From: a virus
Length of the DNA stretch: 64,000 nt
Virus record (IMG/VR): IMGVR_UViG_3300009523_000001
Coordinates: 53,666-117,665 of that record
Reading direction: 5' to 3' (one strand)
The position numbers were made by a program, and so were the translations under genes. Shown here piece by piece: positions 28,874 through 37,682 of this stretch (positions within the stretch are counted from its first letter, which is position 1; every line of letters begins with the position of its first letter). The notes under the pieces are model-generated. The model was not told the origin of the DNA. It saw only the letters and a list, made by a program, of their open reading frames with translations, and searched no databases.

Positions 28874-30069
28874 TCCGGGCATTTCGTTACCCACTTCGTC
28901 CAACGAAAGCGCAGGAAGCGACGCTTGAAGCATGGCTTACGGCGAGTTGCACACTTTACAACGCTGCTCTGCAAGAACGACGAGATGCGTGGAGCAAACA
29001 GCATGTGCGAATCAGTCGCTTCGATCAGCAGAAGGAACTAACTGAACTTCGGGCCACGGATCCAGAATGGGAGATGATCCCACTCTTGGTTCAGCGCAGT
29101 GCACTACGACGTCTTGACCGAGCGTTTCTGGCGTTCTTCCGACACGTAAAGCGCGGTGAAAAAAAAGGATACCCGCGCTTTCGGTCGCGCGACCGTTATG
29201 ACTCATTTACTCTGCCTCCGCTTTTCGGGGTGCGCGCTGAAGGCGACCATGTACGCTTACCAAAACTAGGCCTGGTGAAGTTTCACCAGTACCGCGAGAT
29301 GCGTGGCCGGATGAAGCAGGTCACGGTGGGTCGCAGCAGTACGCGCGGCTGGTACGTATCGTTCGTCTGCGACCTCGGCGAAGCGCCAACGAAAATCGCG
29401 GTCCGATCGGCTATCGGCATTGATGTCGGCCTGGAAGCGTTCGCTACGCTCTCTAACGGTGAGCGTGTCGAAAATCCGCGCTTCTTCCGCGCGTCGGAGA
29501 AGACGCTAGCGCGGCGCCAGCAGTTGCTCGCTCGCAAGCAACGTGGATCGAACAGTCGACGTCAAGCTCGTACACTGGTTGCTCGTACCTACGAGCACAT
29601 TCGCAATCAGCGTCTGGATTTTGCCCGCAAGTTCGCGTGTGCGATCTTCAACCGGTTCGACCTCGTAGCGCACGAGAATCTAGAAATCGCCCGCATGATG
29701 CGCGGACATTTATCAAAATCCATTCGTGACGCCGCGTGGGGCGTCGCCATCAAAGCACTCAACTGCAAGGCGGAGGGTGCCGGCAAGTGGGTGGTGGCGA
29801 CGGATCCGCGGCGTAGCAGTATCGACTGCTCAGGCTGCGGTGAACCAGTCCCGAAGGACTTGTCGCAACGTGAGCACCGATGCCCGCAATGCGGACTCAT
29901 TCTCCATCGAGATGAGAACGCTGCGCGGAACGTTTTGGCGCGCGGCTTGCGCGCGGGGTCGTTGACCGAAGCCGTTACAACGGTAGGGCCGGAGTTTATG
30001 GCGTCGTTGACCGAAGCCGTTACAACGGTAGGGCCGGAGTTTATGGCCACTCTTGGAGCTTGCCAATGA
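28870..30069 (+). CDS. tnpB: IS200/IS605-family RNA-guided nuclease TnpB
   Basis: MIRAFRYPLRPT HTH; RuvC GIDVG, HENL, HRDENAARN; CSGC/CPQC Zn finger. Confidence 0.92.
   Translation: MIRAFRYPLRPTKAQEATLEAWLTASCTLYNAALQERRDAWSKQHVRISRFDQQKELTELRATDPEWEMIPLLVQRSALRRLDRAFLAFFRHVKRGEKKGYPRFRSRDRYDSFTLPPLFGVRAEGDHVRLPKLGLVKFHQYREMRGRMKQVTVGRSSTRGWYVSFVCDLGEAPTKIAVRSAIGIDVGLEAFATLSNGERVENPRFFRASEKTLARRQQLLARKQRGSNSRRQARTLVARTYEHIRNQRLDFARKFACAIFNRFDLVAHENLEIARMMRGHLSKSIRDAAWGVAIKALNCKAEGAGKWVVATDPRRSSIDCSGCGEPVPKDLSQREHRCPQCGLILHRDENAARNVLARGLRAGSLTEAVTTVGPEFMASLTEAVTTVGPEFMATLGACQ
29958..30047 (+). repeat. Perfect 45-bp tandem duplication in the tnpB 3' (omegaRNA) region
   Basis: GTCGTTGACCGAAGCCGTTACAACGGTAGGGCCGGAGTTTATGGC x2. 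Confidence 0.9.
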
Positions 30070-30740
30070 TCATCATCGACAAGCCCGTAGAAGGTGTGAA
30101 GACGGACGTACGTTCGCACCCAGCCGGTCGTGATGGGTCGCTTCTCTCACTCAAGGAGGTTGCCGAGCGCGCGTGGAAGAGTCGTATGTCTCCGCGCCTG
30201 CGCGCGTGGACAACGCAGAAACTCGCCGAGGTGGGCGTATCGACGGGGTCGCGCCGGCAGAAGGGGCAAGCAGTTCTCGACGCGTTCCGCAAGAAGGTGC
30301 CGTATGTTGCTGACCCAGTTCTTGGCGAGTTCATGGAAACTCCGGAACAGACGCTCTGCTTGGACGAGGGAGGTCTTTGCTTCATCGGCACGGACTGCGA
30401 CGGTGCAAGCATCTCGCTCGCCGCCGCGATGATGTCGATCGGCATCCCCGCGATGATCATCGGCTCGTCGCACAAGCACCCGCACGACGTGCCGACGCAC
30501 GTCTTCATGGCCTTCCAGGACGAGCAGGACGACTGGGTCCGCATGGACGGCACTACGAAGCATCCGGTCGGTCGCGTCGCGCCGCACAAGCGCGAGTGGT
30601 GGTTCGAGCCGGGCGCGGAAGCGAAGAACCGCGGCGAAGGAGACTTCGTCGGGATGTCGGGCGGCAGCGAGGTCGGTGTCAGCGGAAGCGTCCGTGGGCT
30701 GGCGAGCGTGCTCGATCTGCTCTACCCGTCGATCCGGTAA
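30066..30740 (+). CDS. Transglutaminase-like (papain-fold) cysteine protease; candidate virion maturation protease
   Basis: DCDG Cys, THVF His, WVRMDGT Asp triad; YVADP..EFMETPEQTL preceding motif. Confidence 0.8.
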   Translation: MIIIDKPVEGVKTDVRSHPAGRDGSLLSLKEVAERAWKSRMSPRLRAWTTQKLAEVGVSTGSRRQKGQAVLDAFRKKVPYVADPVLGEFMETPEQTLCLDEGGLCFIGTDCDGASISLAAAMMSIGIPAMIIGSSHKHPHDVPTHVFMAFQDEQDDWVRMDGTTKHPVGRVAPHKREWWFEPGAEAKNRGEGDFVGMSGGSEVGVSGSVRGLASVLDLLYPSIR

Positions 30741-30805
30741 GTTCTCGGATTGCACGCTGGCGCGTGGCGCCGCTGCATGGAGAAGCATCGGGCGCGCGTG
30801 CGCGA

Positions 30806-30875
30806 ATGCAACCCCGATGCAACCGTTGCATCGGATGCAGCATGCAACGCCGTTGCATCGAGAGCACCATGCAAC
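30806..30875. repeat. Cluster of ATGCAAC direct and inverted heptamers
   Basis: ATGCAAC at 30806, 30817, 30842, 30869; GTTGCAT at 30825, 30852; CCGATGCAAC-C-GTTGCATCGG palindrome. Confidence 0.75.
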
Positions 30876-30890
30876 CGGCGATGTCTCTCA

Positions 30891-30935
30891 TCCAAATAGG
30901 GAATACCCGAGACATACCTGAGTATGCCGTTTACG
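30891..30935. promoter_or_regulatory. Conserved ~40-bp motif, copy 3 (GACATAC-CTGA-GTATGCC)
   Basis: Aligns with 1931 and 18141 copies; upstream of the structural operon. Confidence 0.6.
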
Positions 30936-31208
30936 AGATGCGGATCGGGTGCGTGATCGAAATCGGATGAGCCGAACGGCGCACTGTTCTCGACGTGCAA
31001 TACGGTTCGTTCGTCGCGCTCGGGCGCGCAGCGCAAGTCATTGACTTGATGCGGGTTTAGTTCAATCGCCGGCACGCCCTCCCGATCGGCCAACTCCCCC
31101 TCGGCTCCCCCGGTGCGCACACGCGGATTGGAGTCCGAATCACGCGTGCCAGAAATCACTTGTTGACGCTGCAAGAGCGCATTGTGAATCTTGAAAAACG
31201 TTGAAGAC

Positions 31209-34200
31209 ATGGGCGTGTACCACTCCCGTCTCGCCGAGCTCTCCGCCGCGCACGAACGCGGTCAACGGCTTGGCGCAGGACGTCGACCTTCCCGGCCTCC
31301 CTATCGGCAATCGCTCCGCCCGGCGCCGCCCGGCCGCCGTGAGGTCCGCATCGGCACGGTCATCCCAAGCACGTACGTTCCGCCGCCCTACTCTCCCCCT
31401 CCCCCTCCTCCTCCGGATCCGGACTCGTTCGTTGAAGCCAAGCGCAAGGCCATGCAGGCGCAGTCGCTGCTTTTCGATCGCAGCGCCGGTTGGACCGTCG
31501 AGAAAGCGAAGCAGTGGGCCAAAAGTCACGGCTACAAATCCGGCAAGGTGGACGTTACCGACCGGTACGTTCGCCTGCGGCAGCAAGACCCGAAGGGGTT
31601 CGCAGTCAAACGAACGGTTCCGTTCGGCAAGGGCATTCGCGCAGTAGTCGCTCGTGAGGAGACCATGAAAAAGAAGACGAAGACGACCCGTCGTCCTGCT
31701 CGCAAGTCCGCGGCCAAGCCCAAGGCGGCCCATCGAGCCTCTCCGAAGCGCCGAACCGCGCCGAAGCGCCGAGCGGCGCCGAAGTCCAAAACGAGCGTCG
31801 TCACCGCGCGCCGGCGTCCGCGCCATGCGCGAGAAGTGAGACGAACCGCGACCGAGTCGCGGCGCCGTCCGCGCCGCATGCGGGAGACTCCCGTGGTTGC
31901 CGAGGCGCGCCGCCGTCCGAAGCACCGCAAGCCCACCCACCGCAAGCCCACCCATCGCAAATCGACCCACCGCAAGCGGCCGTCGAGCTACGTGATGGCG
32001 AAACGTCGTCCGCACCACCACCGCAAGGTGTCGGCGTGGCGTGGCGACAGCGCAGGCCACAGCAAGGCTGCGAAGAAGGGGTGGCGAACGCGCAAGGGCG
32101 GCAAGACGACCAGGAAGGCCGCCGAGTCGCGGCGTCGCCCGCGTCGGCACGCTCGCGAGACGACGACCGTTCAGGCCCGTCGGCGCCCGCGTCGTCGTGT
32201 CCACGAGCCGATGACCGTGCAGGCCCGTCGCCGTCCGAAGCATCGGCGCGCTCGTGAGACGAAAGTCGTCCAGGCCCGTCGGCGCCCGCGCAAGTACACC
32301 CGAGAGACGACGACCGTTCAGGCGCGTCGGCGTCCGCGTCGTCATGCTCGCGAGACGAAGGTCGTCCAGGCCCGTCGCCGTCCGAAGCATCGGCGCGCCC
32401 GCGAGACGAAAGTCGTTCGATCCTACCGCGCGCACAAGGTCCGCGCGCCGAGCTTCGGCAGTATGGCCCGCACGGCGGGCAACATGGCCCTCGAAGTGGG
32501 GACCGCCGCCGCCGCCTTCCTGGCCGCGGACGCCATCGATCGGTTCCTCGCGGGCTACGATCCATCGGCCGCGAACAAGCCGGCGAACAAGTTCACTTCG
32601 GACGGGGTCGGTACGCTAGCCAATGCGCTCAACGTCGCGTCGGCGCCCGACCTGTGGCGCTACGGCAGCCTAGGAGTCCTGACCTTCGGACCGCTCATCG
32701 GCTCGCTCTTCATCAAGAAGGCTGCAATTCGATCGTCGGTCGAGGGGATGGGGGTCGGAGCCGGAATCAAGTTCGCCGCGACGCTCTGGTCGAGCGTGCT
32801 GATGCCGCTGCTCATCGGCAAGGACACGAGCACACCGGCGCTGCAGAAGAGCTGGATCGCGCGCCTGTACCCTGCCGAGGTCTCGGCGGCCCTCAACATG
32901 AAGAGCGGAACCGCTGCTGTCTCGAGCGGCGGCGCCGCCAGCAAGGCCGGCACGCTCTCGGACGGATCCGAGCAAACCGGCGTCGGAAAGGACGCCGGCC
33001 CATTCGCGCTCGCCGACCGCTTCGGCCGCCACCGCGAGTGGGTCACGCCCTCTTCGTGGACGCCGCCCGCCATCCCTGGCGTTCCGGGGTACAACGATCC
33101 GGGTCCGACGGAGATGATTGTCGACGACGACGATCAACCCGCTCCCCCCGTTCAGTCGGCATGGCCGCCCCGCTGGGGTCATTGGCACCGCTGGGGCCTG
33201 CGCGGCGTCGGCGACGCGGTGCAGGACATGGCGCACACCATCGCGGCGAAGACCGGCGTGCACCCGGCGCACGCCGTCAACGCGGCGATGCACGCGGTGG
33301 CCGAACCGCACGACCTCACGCAGGCGTTGCAGCGCGCGCTGCCGCACCTGCGTCGCGAGCTCCTCATCGAGTGCGCGCGGCACGTGCATCCGCACGTGGT
33401 CCGAATGCACGCGCACGCCAGGTATCCGCGCGAGCACGAAGAGTGGACCGGCGCGCGGGCAGCCGAAGGGTTGCCGGCGCCCGAACACGACGCGCCCGAG
33501 AGCGAGTGGCGCGAGTGGCATGGCAAGCGGGCGTCCGCCGGATTGCCGTACGCTCCCCCACCGCCCGATCTGCCGGCGTCGACGCCCGCGCACTTGCGCG
33601 AGCGCCACGAATGGCACCCGAATTACGAACGAGAGATCGCCTACGACCGGTACCCGACCGTTCAGCAGGTGATGGGGATCGGCGCCGGGGGGCCCGCAAC
33701 GGGCGGCAATCCAGGGCAGCCTGGACTCGGCGAAGTGTTTTCGAACGCCGTGCAGGCTGCAGGAGCTTCGATCCCGGGCATACCGCTCGAGAACGCCGTC
33801 ACCACGACCGCGTACGCAGCGGCCGAACCGTTCAACTGCACGCGGGCGATCGAACGCGCGATGCCGCTCATCCGGAGTGAGCTCGCACGCTACTGCGCCG
33901 AGAACATGAGTCCGTACATCCAGCAACTGCACGCGCAGACGGGGGTTCCGGTGACCACCGCAGCGGTGCCCACTCCGCCCGTACCGGCACCACCTCTGTC
34001 CGTCATCGAGTTCGTGCCGTCTCCACCGCCCCCGAGCTGGACACGCGGTGAAGCGGAATGGCACACGCAAGAACGCCAAGACTGGGATCGCACACACGGC
34101 AAAGCCACGCCGGCCGTGGAGGCCGCCGCCACGCACGCCGCAAAAGAGGCGGCTGCTCCGCATGCGGACGCCAAGAAGCCTGCCGTGGCCGCTGCCGTCC

Positions 34201-34577
34201 AGGCTGCAGCAACCGGAGCGGCGACCGCCGCATCCGCCGCTCCGCCCGGCACGCCCACTCCGGTCGTGCATCAGATCGCCAAGGAAGGGGCGCAAGCCGC
34301 CGCGGACGCACACGGTCCCGTGGCTGACCACCCTGCCGTTCAAGCGGCCGTCGTGGCAGCCGCACCGGCGGCGGCGGCGGCCCACGCCGCCGCACCGCAC
34401 GCAGGCACCTCGGGCGTCGGGAACCCACCCAGGAACCTCCCCGTCGGCCCCCCCAAGCTGCCGCATCCGGGACCGCAACCGCTGCAGTCGGAGTGCGGTT
34501 GCCTGGACGACAGCCCGTACCTCGGCTTCATCGGGGACGAAGTCGAGCAAGACCTGCTCTGGAACGCGGCCGAGTAA
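31209..34577 (+). CDS. Large core polyprotein-like protein with protamine/H1-like Arg/Lys repeats and membrane segments
   Basis: QSLLFDRS..WTVEKAKQWAKSHGY domain; ET(T/K)(T/V)VQARRRP(R/K) repeats; hydrophobic helices; repeated G[VL]G[DNEK]; possible second start at 31665. Confidence 0.7.
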   Translation: MGVYHSRLAELSAAHERGQRLGAGRRPSRPPYRQSLRPAPPGRREVRIGTVIPSTYVPPPYSPPPPPPPDPDSFVEAKRKAMQAQSLLFDRSAGWTVEKAKQWAKSHGYKSGKVDVTDRYVRLRQQDPKGFAVKRTVPFGKGIRAVVAREETMKKKTKTTRRPARKSAAKPKAAHRASPKRRTAPKRRAAPKSKTSVVTARRRPRHAREVRRTATESRRRPRRMRETPVVAEARRRPKHRKPTHRKPTHRKSTHRKRPSSYVMAKRRPHHHRKVSAWRGDSAGHSKAAKKGWRTRKGGKTTRKAAESRRRPRRHARETTTVQARRRPRRRVHEPMTVQARRRPKHRRARETKVVQARRRPRKYTRETTTVQARRRPRRHARETKVVQARRRPKHRRARETKVVRSYRAHKVRAPSFGSMARTAGNMALEVGTAAAAFLAADAIDRFLAGYDPSAANKPANKFTSDGVGTLANALNVASAPDLWRYGSLGVLTFGPLIGSLFIKKAAIRSSVEGMGVGAGIKFAATLWSSVLMPLLIGKDTSTPALQKSWIARLYPAEVSAALNMKSGTAAVSSGGAASKAGTLSDGSEQTGVGKDAGPFALADRFGRHREWVTPSSWTPPAIPGVPGYNDPGPTEMIVDDDDQPAPPVQSAWPPRWGHWHRWGLRGVGDAVQDMAHTIAAKTGVHPAHAVNAAMHAVAEPHDLTQALQRALPHLRRELLIECARHVHPHVVRMHAHARYPREHEEWTGARAAEGLPAPEHDAPESEWREWHGKRASAGLPYAPPPPDLPASTPAHLRERHEWHPNYEREIAYDRYPTVQQVMGIGAGGPATGGNPGQPGLGEVFSNAVQAAGASIPGIPLENAVTTTAYAAAEPFNCTRAIERAMPLIRSELARYCAENMSPYIQQLHAQTGVPVTTAAVPTPPVPAPPLSVIEFVPSPPPPSWTRGEAEWHTQERQDWDRTHGKATPAVEAAATHAAKEAAAPHADAKKPAVAAAVQAAATGAATAASAAPPGTPTPVVHQIAKEGAQAAADAHGPVADHPAVQAAVVAAAPAAAAAHAAAPHAGTSGVGNPPRNLPVGPPKLPHPGPQPLQSECGCLDDSPYLGFIGDEVEQDLLWNAAE

Positions 34578-34672
34578 GGCCGAGAGAAACCAACCACGAG
34601 AGAACGTTTTAGCCACACACAACCCCCCGCGGCGGACCAGGGAAACGGCGGGGATCGAAAGAGAGCGCGATC

Positions 34673-35989
34673 ATGGCAAGGAACCTGCTGCAGAAGAAGT
34701 CGATCAAGTACGGCGGCGAGAGCCGCGAGAAGGTGATGCGCGTGCCGTTCGGCCTGGGCGCTCCGCCCGGCGACGAGAAGGCCGCAGAGAAGTGCCTGCG
34801 ATGCGGGTTCGGCAACGTGCCCGTCGTCGAGGAGGTGGTCTGGACGATCCCCTTGCCGCTGACCGCGGAGCAGGCGCAGACGACGTTCGGCGACACGGTC
34901 AACCCGCTCAGCGGGTCGTCCGCGGTGCCCGGCGTCGCGAGCATCGACAGCACGTTCCTCATCAACGGTATCCTGCAGACGGATATCCTCGCCCAGGGCA
35001 TCGGCGTGCACGTCTTCTGCGAGCCGATGTCGTTCTCCACGATCGGCAACGCGTTCATCGCCCCGACCCAGCAGCTCGCCACCGGCTCCCCTCCGAGCCC
35101 GGACGTCTGGACGGCCAACGACTACGCAAACGGCGCCTTCGGGTCCTACGTGACTGGTCCCGATCAGGTGACCCCCGCGGTTTTCGAGTTCGGCGCGGCA
35201 ACCTGGCGCGCAGGCTGGAACTTCATCAACGCCTACCAGTTCCAGTGGAAGACGTCGCAGCGTGAGCTCGTGCTCAACGAGCTTGCGGCCGACATCTCGT
35301 ACTTCGGATCGTTCGCTGACGCCGAAGCGAGCGGCACGAGCGAGCTACCGGTCATCGACTACGTCGCGCTCGTCAACGCGCAGTACCGCGCGCAGGGTTC
35401 CGACACGATCTTCCTGCCGGTCAACTTCCGGCGGGTCGGCAGCTTCACCCCGTCGGGAGCATCGACCGGCGTCAACATCGGCATCTTCCACCCGACGCGC
35501 GACTTCGACCTCGCGCCGGTCACCTGGGGAGGCCTGCGGTGGCAGGGGTACGGCTGCCGCGGACAGATGTACCGACCGGTCGAGAGCCCGTGCTTTCTCG
35601 AGCGCGGAATCCCCATCGGGATGATCTTCATCGCGCAGGACGCCGTGCACCAGGCGCAGATGATCGAGGCGCTCACGATCGACAACGAGCCGTTCGGGAT
35701 CAACGTCCTTCCGGACGTCAACCTGGCCGCCGTCACCTCTGGAGGCAGCACCAGCCTCAGCTCGGCCGCCGTGCTCGCTCTCCTGCCTACGCTGGCCCTG
35801 CCGATGATGGAGCAGACACTCGACGGGACGGCGCTTTACGCGTCGCAGGTCGTCAACGACAGCCGCCAAATCTTCAAGGGCGGCATCCTCAAGCTCGGCA
35901 TCAAGATCAAGGGCTGGGAGATGCCTGGCGGATGGAAGTCGTACTGCTCGGAAAAGTACCCGAGCATGATGCGAGCCCACGCGGCCTGA
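34673..35989 (+). CDS. Putative large major capsid protein (jelly-roll type)
   Basis: Beta-rich 438 aa; DSTFLINGILQTDILAQGIGVHV recalls single-jelly-roll MCP N-terminal strands; ends LKLGIKIKGW; strong codon bias; followed by a hairpin. Confidence 0.55.
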   Translation: MARNLLQKKSIKYGGESREKVMRVPFGLGAPPGDEKAAEKCLRCGFGNVPVVEEVVWTIPLPLTAEQAQTTFGDTVNPLSGSSAVPGVASIDSTFLINGILQTDILAQGIGVHVFCEPMSFSTIGNAFIAPTQQLATGSPPSPDVWTANDYANGAFGSYVTGPDQVTPAVFEFGAATWRAGWNFINAYQFQWKTSQRELVLNELAADISYFGSFADAEASGTSELPVIDYVALVNAQYRAQGSDTIFLPVNFRRVGSFTPSGASTGVNIGIFHPTRDFDLAPVTWGGLRWQGYGCRGQMYRPVESPCFLERGIPIGMIFIAQDAVHQAQMIEALTIDNEPFGINVLPDVNLAAVTSGGSTSLSSAAVLALLPTLALPMMEQTLDGTALYASQVVNDSRQIFKGGILKLGIKIKGWEMPGGWKSYCSEKYPSMMRAHAA

Positions 35990-36012
35990 TCTCGATCACC
36001 GCGTAGTGGATC

Positions 36013-36059
36013 AACGAGAGGCGTGGTCGCGAGAGCGCCGCGCCTCTCGTTTCAATTTT
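36013..36059 (+). terminator. Stem-loop with T-rich tail after putative MCP
   Basis: AACGAGAGGCGTGG...CCGCGCCTCTCGTT followed by TCAATTTT. Confidence 0.6.
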
Positions 36060-36086
36060 GAGGTACGTTGATTCCGGAGGAAGCTC

Positions 36087-36683
36087 ATGCAGCCGCGAGA
36101 CCACGACATCCGCAACCTTGCCCTCTATGCCCCACGGATCGCGTATGGGATGGTCGCGGGCGTTCCTCGGGTGCCGTTCGTCGCGGACCTCCCGATCCAG
36201 TTCACGTCGAGCGTAGTCGATGCTCCCGCGATCATCACGAGCTTCGACAACAACCTCGTCTCGGACACCGTCATCGACAACGTGTCGTTTACGCTGTTCC
36301 AGCAGAACTCGTTCCCTGGGAGCCCGTTCCAGAGCCTGTACTTCGCGTACCTCAAGGCCCAGACCGGCGTCGGCATCAAGCTCGACGTTTACGGGGGGCC
36401 GAAGTACGCCATCAGCGACGGACCCGTCGAGCTCGCAAACCTGTTTGACGTGATCAAGCTCACGTGGCCGTCTGGCTGGGTGATTTTCAAACAAAGTAAC
36501 ATCAAAATCGCCGCGGTCCTTTTCCAGACGCCGGTGAGCGTACCGTACGACGTACACATTTTGTTCAACGGGTTCCAATTCCTCGACAAGGTGATGGACG
36601 ACATGAGCGATACCGACGCACGCTGCCGGCTGAGAAAGCTCGGCATCGAGTCCCCCGATCTGGCCGAGCTGCTCAAACCGTAA
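36087..36683 (+). CDS. Putative small single-jelly-roll capsid protein
   Basis: SDTVIDNVSF..VGIKLDV..YAISDGPVELANLF..WVIFKQSNIKI..YDVHILFNGFQF eight-strand pattern; GGAGG RBS. Confidence 0.55.
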   Translation: MQPRDHDIRNLALYAPRIAYGMVAGVPRVPFVADLPIQFTSSVVDAPAIITSFDNNLVSDTVIDNVSFTLFQQNSFPGSPFQSLYFAYLKAQTGVGIKLDVYGGPKYAISDGPVELANLFDVIKLTWPSGWVIFKQSNIKIAAVLFQTPVSVPYDVHILFNGFQFLDKVMDDMSDTDARCRLRKLGIESPDLAELLKP

Positions 36684-36695
36684 GGGGATGAGCGG

Positions 36696-37682
36696 ATGCG
36701 CGACGACCAGGCGGCGGAGCTAACCGATCTGCAGGCCGAACCCATCGGGGTCGGTCAGCACGGGACAGACCCCAAAGCCATCGTGCCGCCGTCGAGGGGG
36801 CGGCGCGGCGACTTGGAGGTGAGGCTACTCGACCTGCAGCGCGACCCGAACGGGGTCGGCTATGGAGTCCGCACGCGCCTCTGGTCCGGTCGCCACGAGA
36901 TCGTCCCCGCGACGATCGATCCGTTTGTCTCGCTGCTCGGCAGCGACCCGTGGGGATCGCCCGTCGGTACCGGCGTCCTCGTCCCCTCCACGCCAACGGC
37001 CACGCTCGTTCCGACCGGAGCACCCCCGTCGCAGTACCGGTACCTCTTCTTGCTCGCTCGCGAGCAGTTCAATTCCGGCGAGCAGGGGGTGCGACTGACA
37101 GGCATCCGGATGTACGCGGAGCTCACCGCAACCGTTTCGGATGTCGGGACCTTCCGTAAGGAGATCATGAGTCCACTCTGGCATCCGCCCGACGGGAACA
37201 TCTCCTGGCACATCGTGATGATCCCGAAGACCTGGATGCTGACTCGCAACGTCCAGAACGCGGACAGTCTGAAGTTCCGCGACGCCTACGGGCCGTGCAT
37301 GCTCTACGAAACGATCGCAGGCCCGCAGTTCGCGCCGACCGCGTACAAGCCCCCGAACGCCGGCCGGCCGTGGGGCAAGCCGCTTGGGAGCGTGAGCCTC
37401 GGCAACATGCACGACATGCGGTACCGCTGGCGTACCGGCTACCTCGAACAGATGCTCGACATCCCGGTGCCGCTGCCGTGCGACATCGCGTTCTTCGCGA
37501 GCGTCCGGCAGAACGACCCGTCGACCAACCCGGCCGCGAGCGACCTGTCGGCCAATCAGTTTACGGCGCTCGGCACAGGGTCCGAAGACCAGTTTCTGAC
37601 CGCCTTCAACACGACCGCGCAGTACGGCCGGATTGCGGGGTCGCTCGTCTTCGACGAGAATCTGGGAGAGGACGTGCCCTGA
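36696..37682 (+). CDS. Putative beta-rich virion protein (penton/vertex candidate)
   Basis: Position after capsid pair; VRLTGIRMYAEL, ISWHIV, CDIAFFASVRQ, RIAGSLVFD strands. Confidence 0.45.
   Translation: MRDDQAAELTDLQAEPIGVGQHGTDPKAIVPPSRGRRGDLEVRLLDLQRDPNGVGYGVRTRLWSGRHEIVPATIDPFVSLLGSDPWGSPVGTGVLVPSTPTATLVPTGAPPSQYRYLFLLAREQFNSGEQGVRLTGIRMYAELTATVSDVGTFRKEIMSPLWHPPDGNISWHIVMIPKTWMLTRNVQNADSLKFRDAYGPCMLYETIAGPQFAPTAYKPPNAGRPWGKPLGSVSLGNMHDMRYRWRTGYLEQMLDIPVPLPCDIAFFASVRQNDPSTNPAASDLSANQFTALGTGSEDQFLTAFNTTAQYGRIAGSLVFDENLGEDVP

Noticed and set aside
28870-30069. TnpB as a Cas12f/type V CRISPR effector
   Set aside because: No CRISPR array or cas genes; the 45-bp duplication has no spacer.
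31140-34622. Minus-strand ORFs 31140..32435 and 32670..34622
   Set aside because: Antisense to the basic polyprotein; they mirror its repeats and have no independent motifs.
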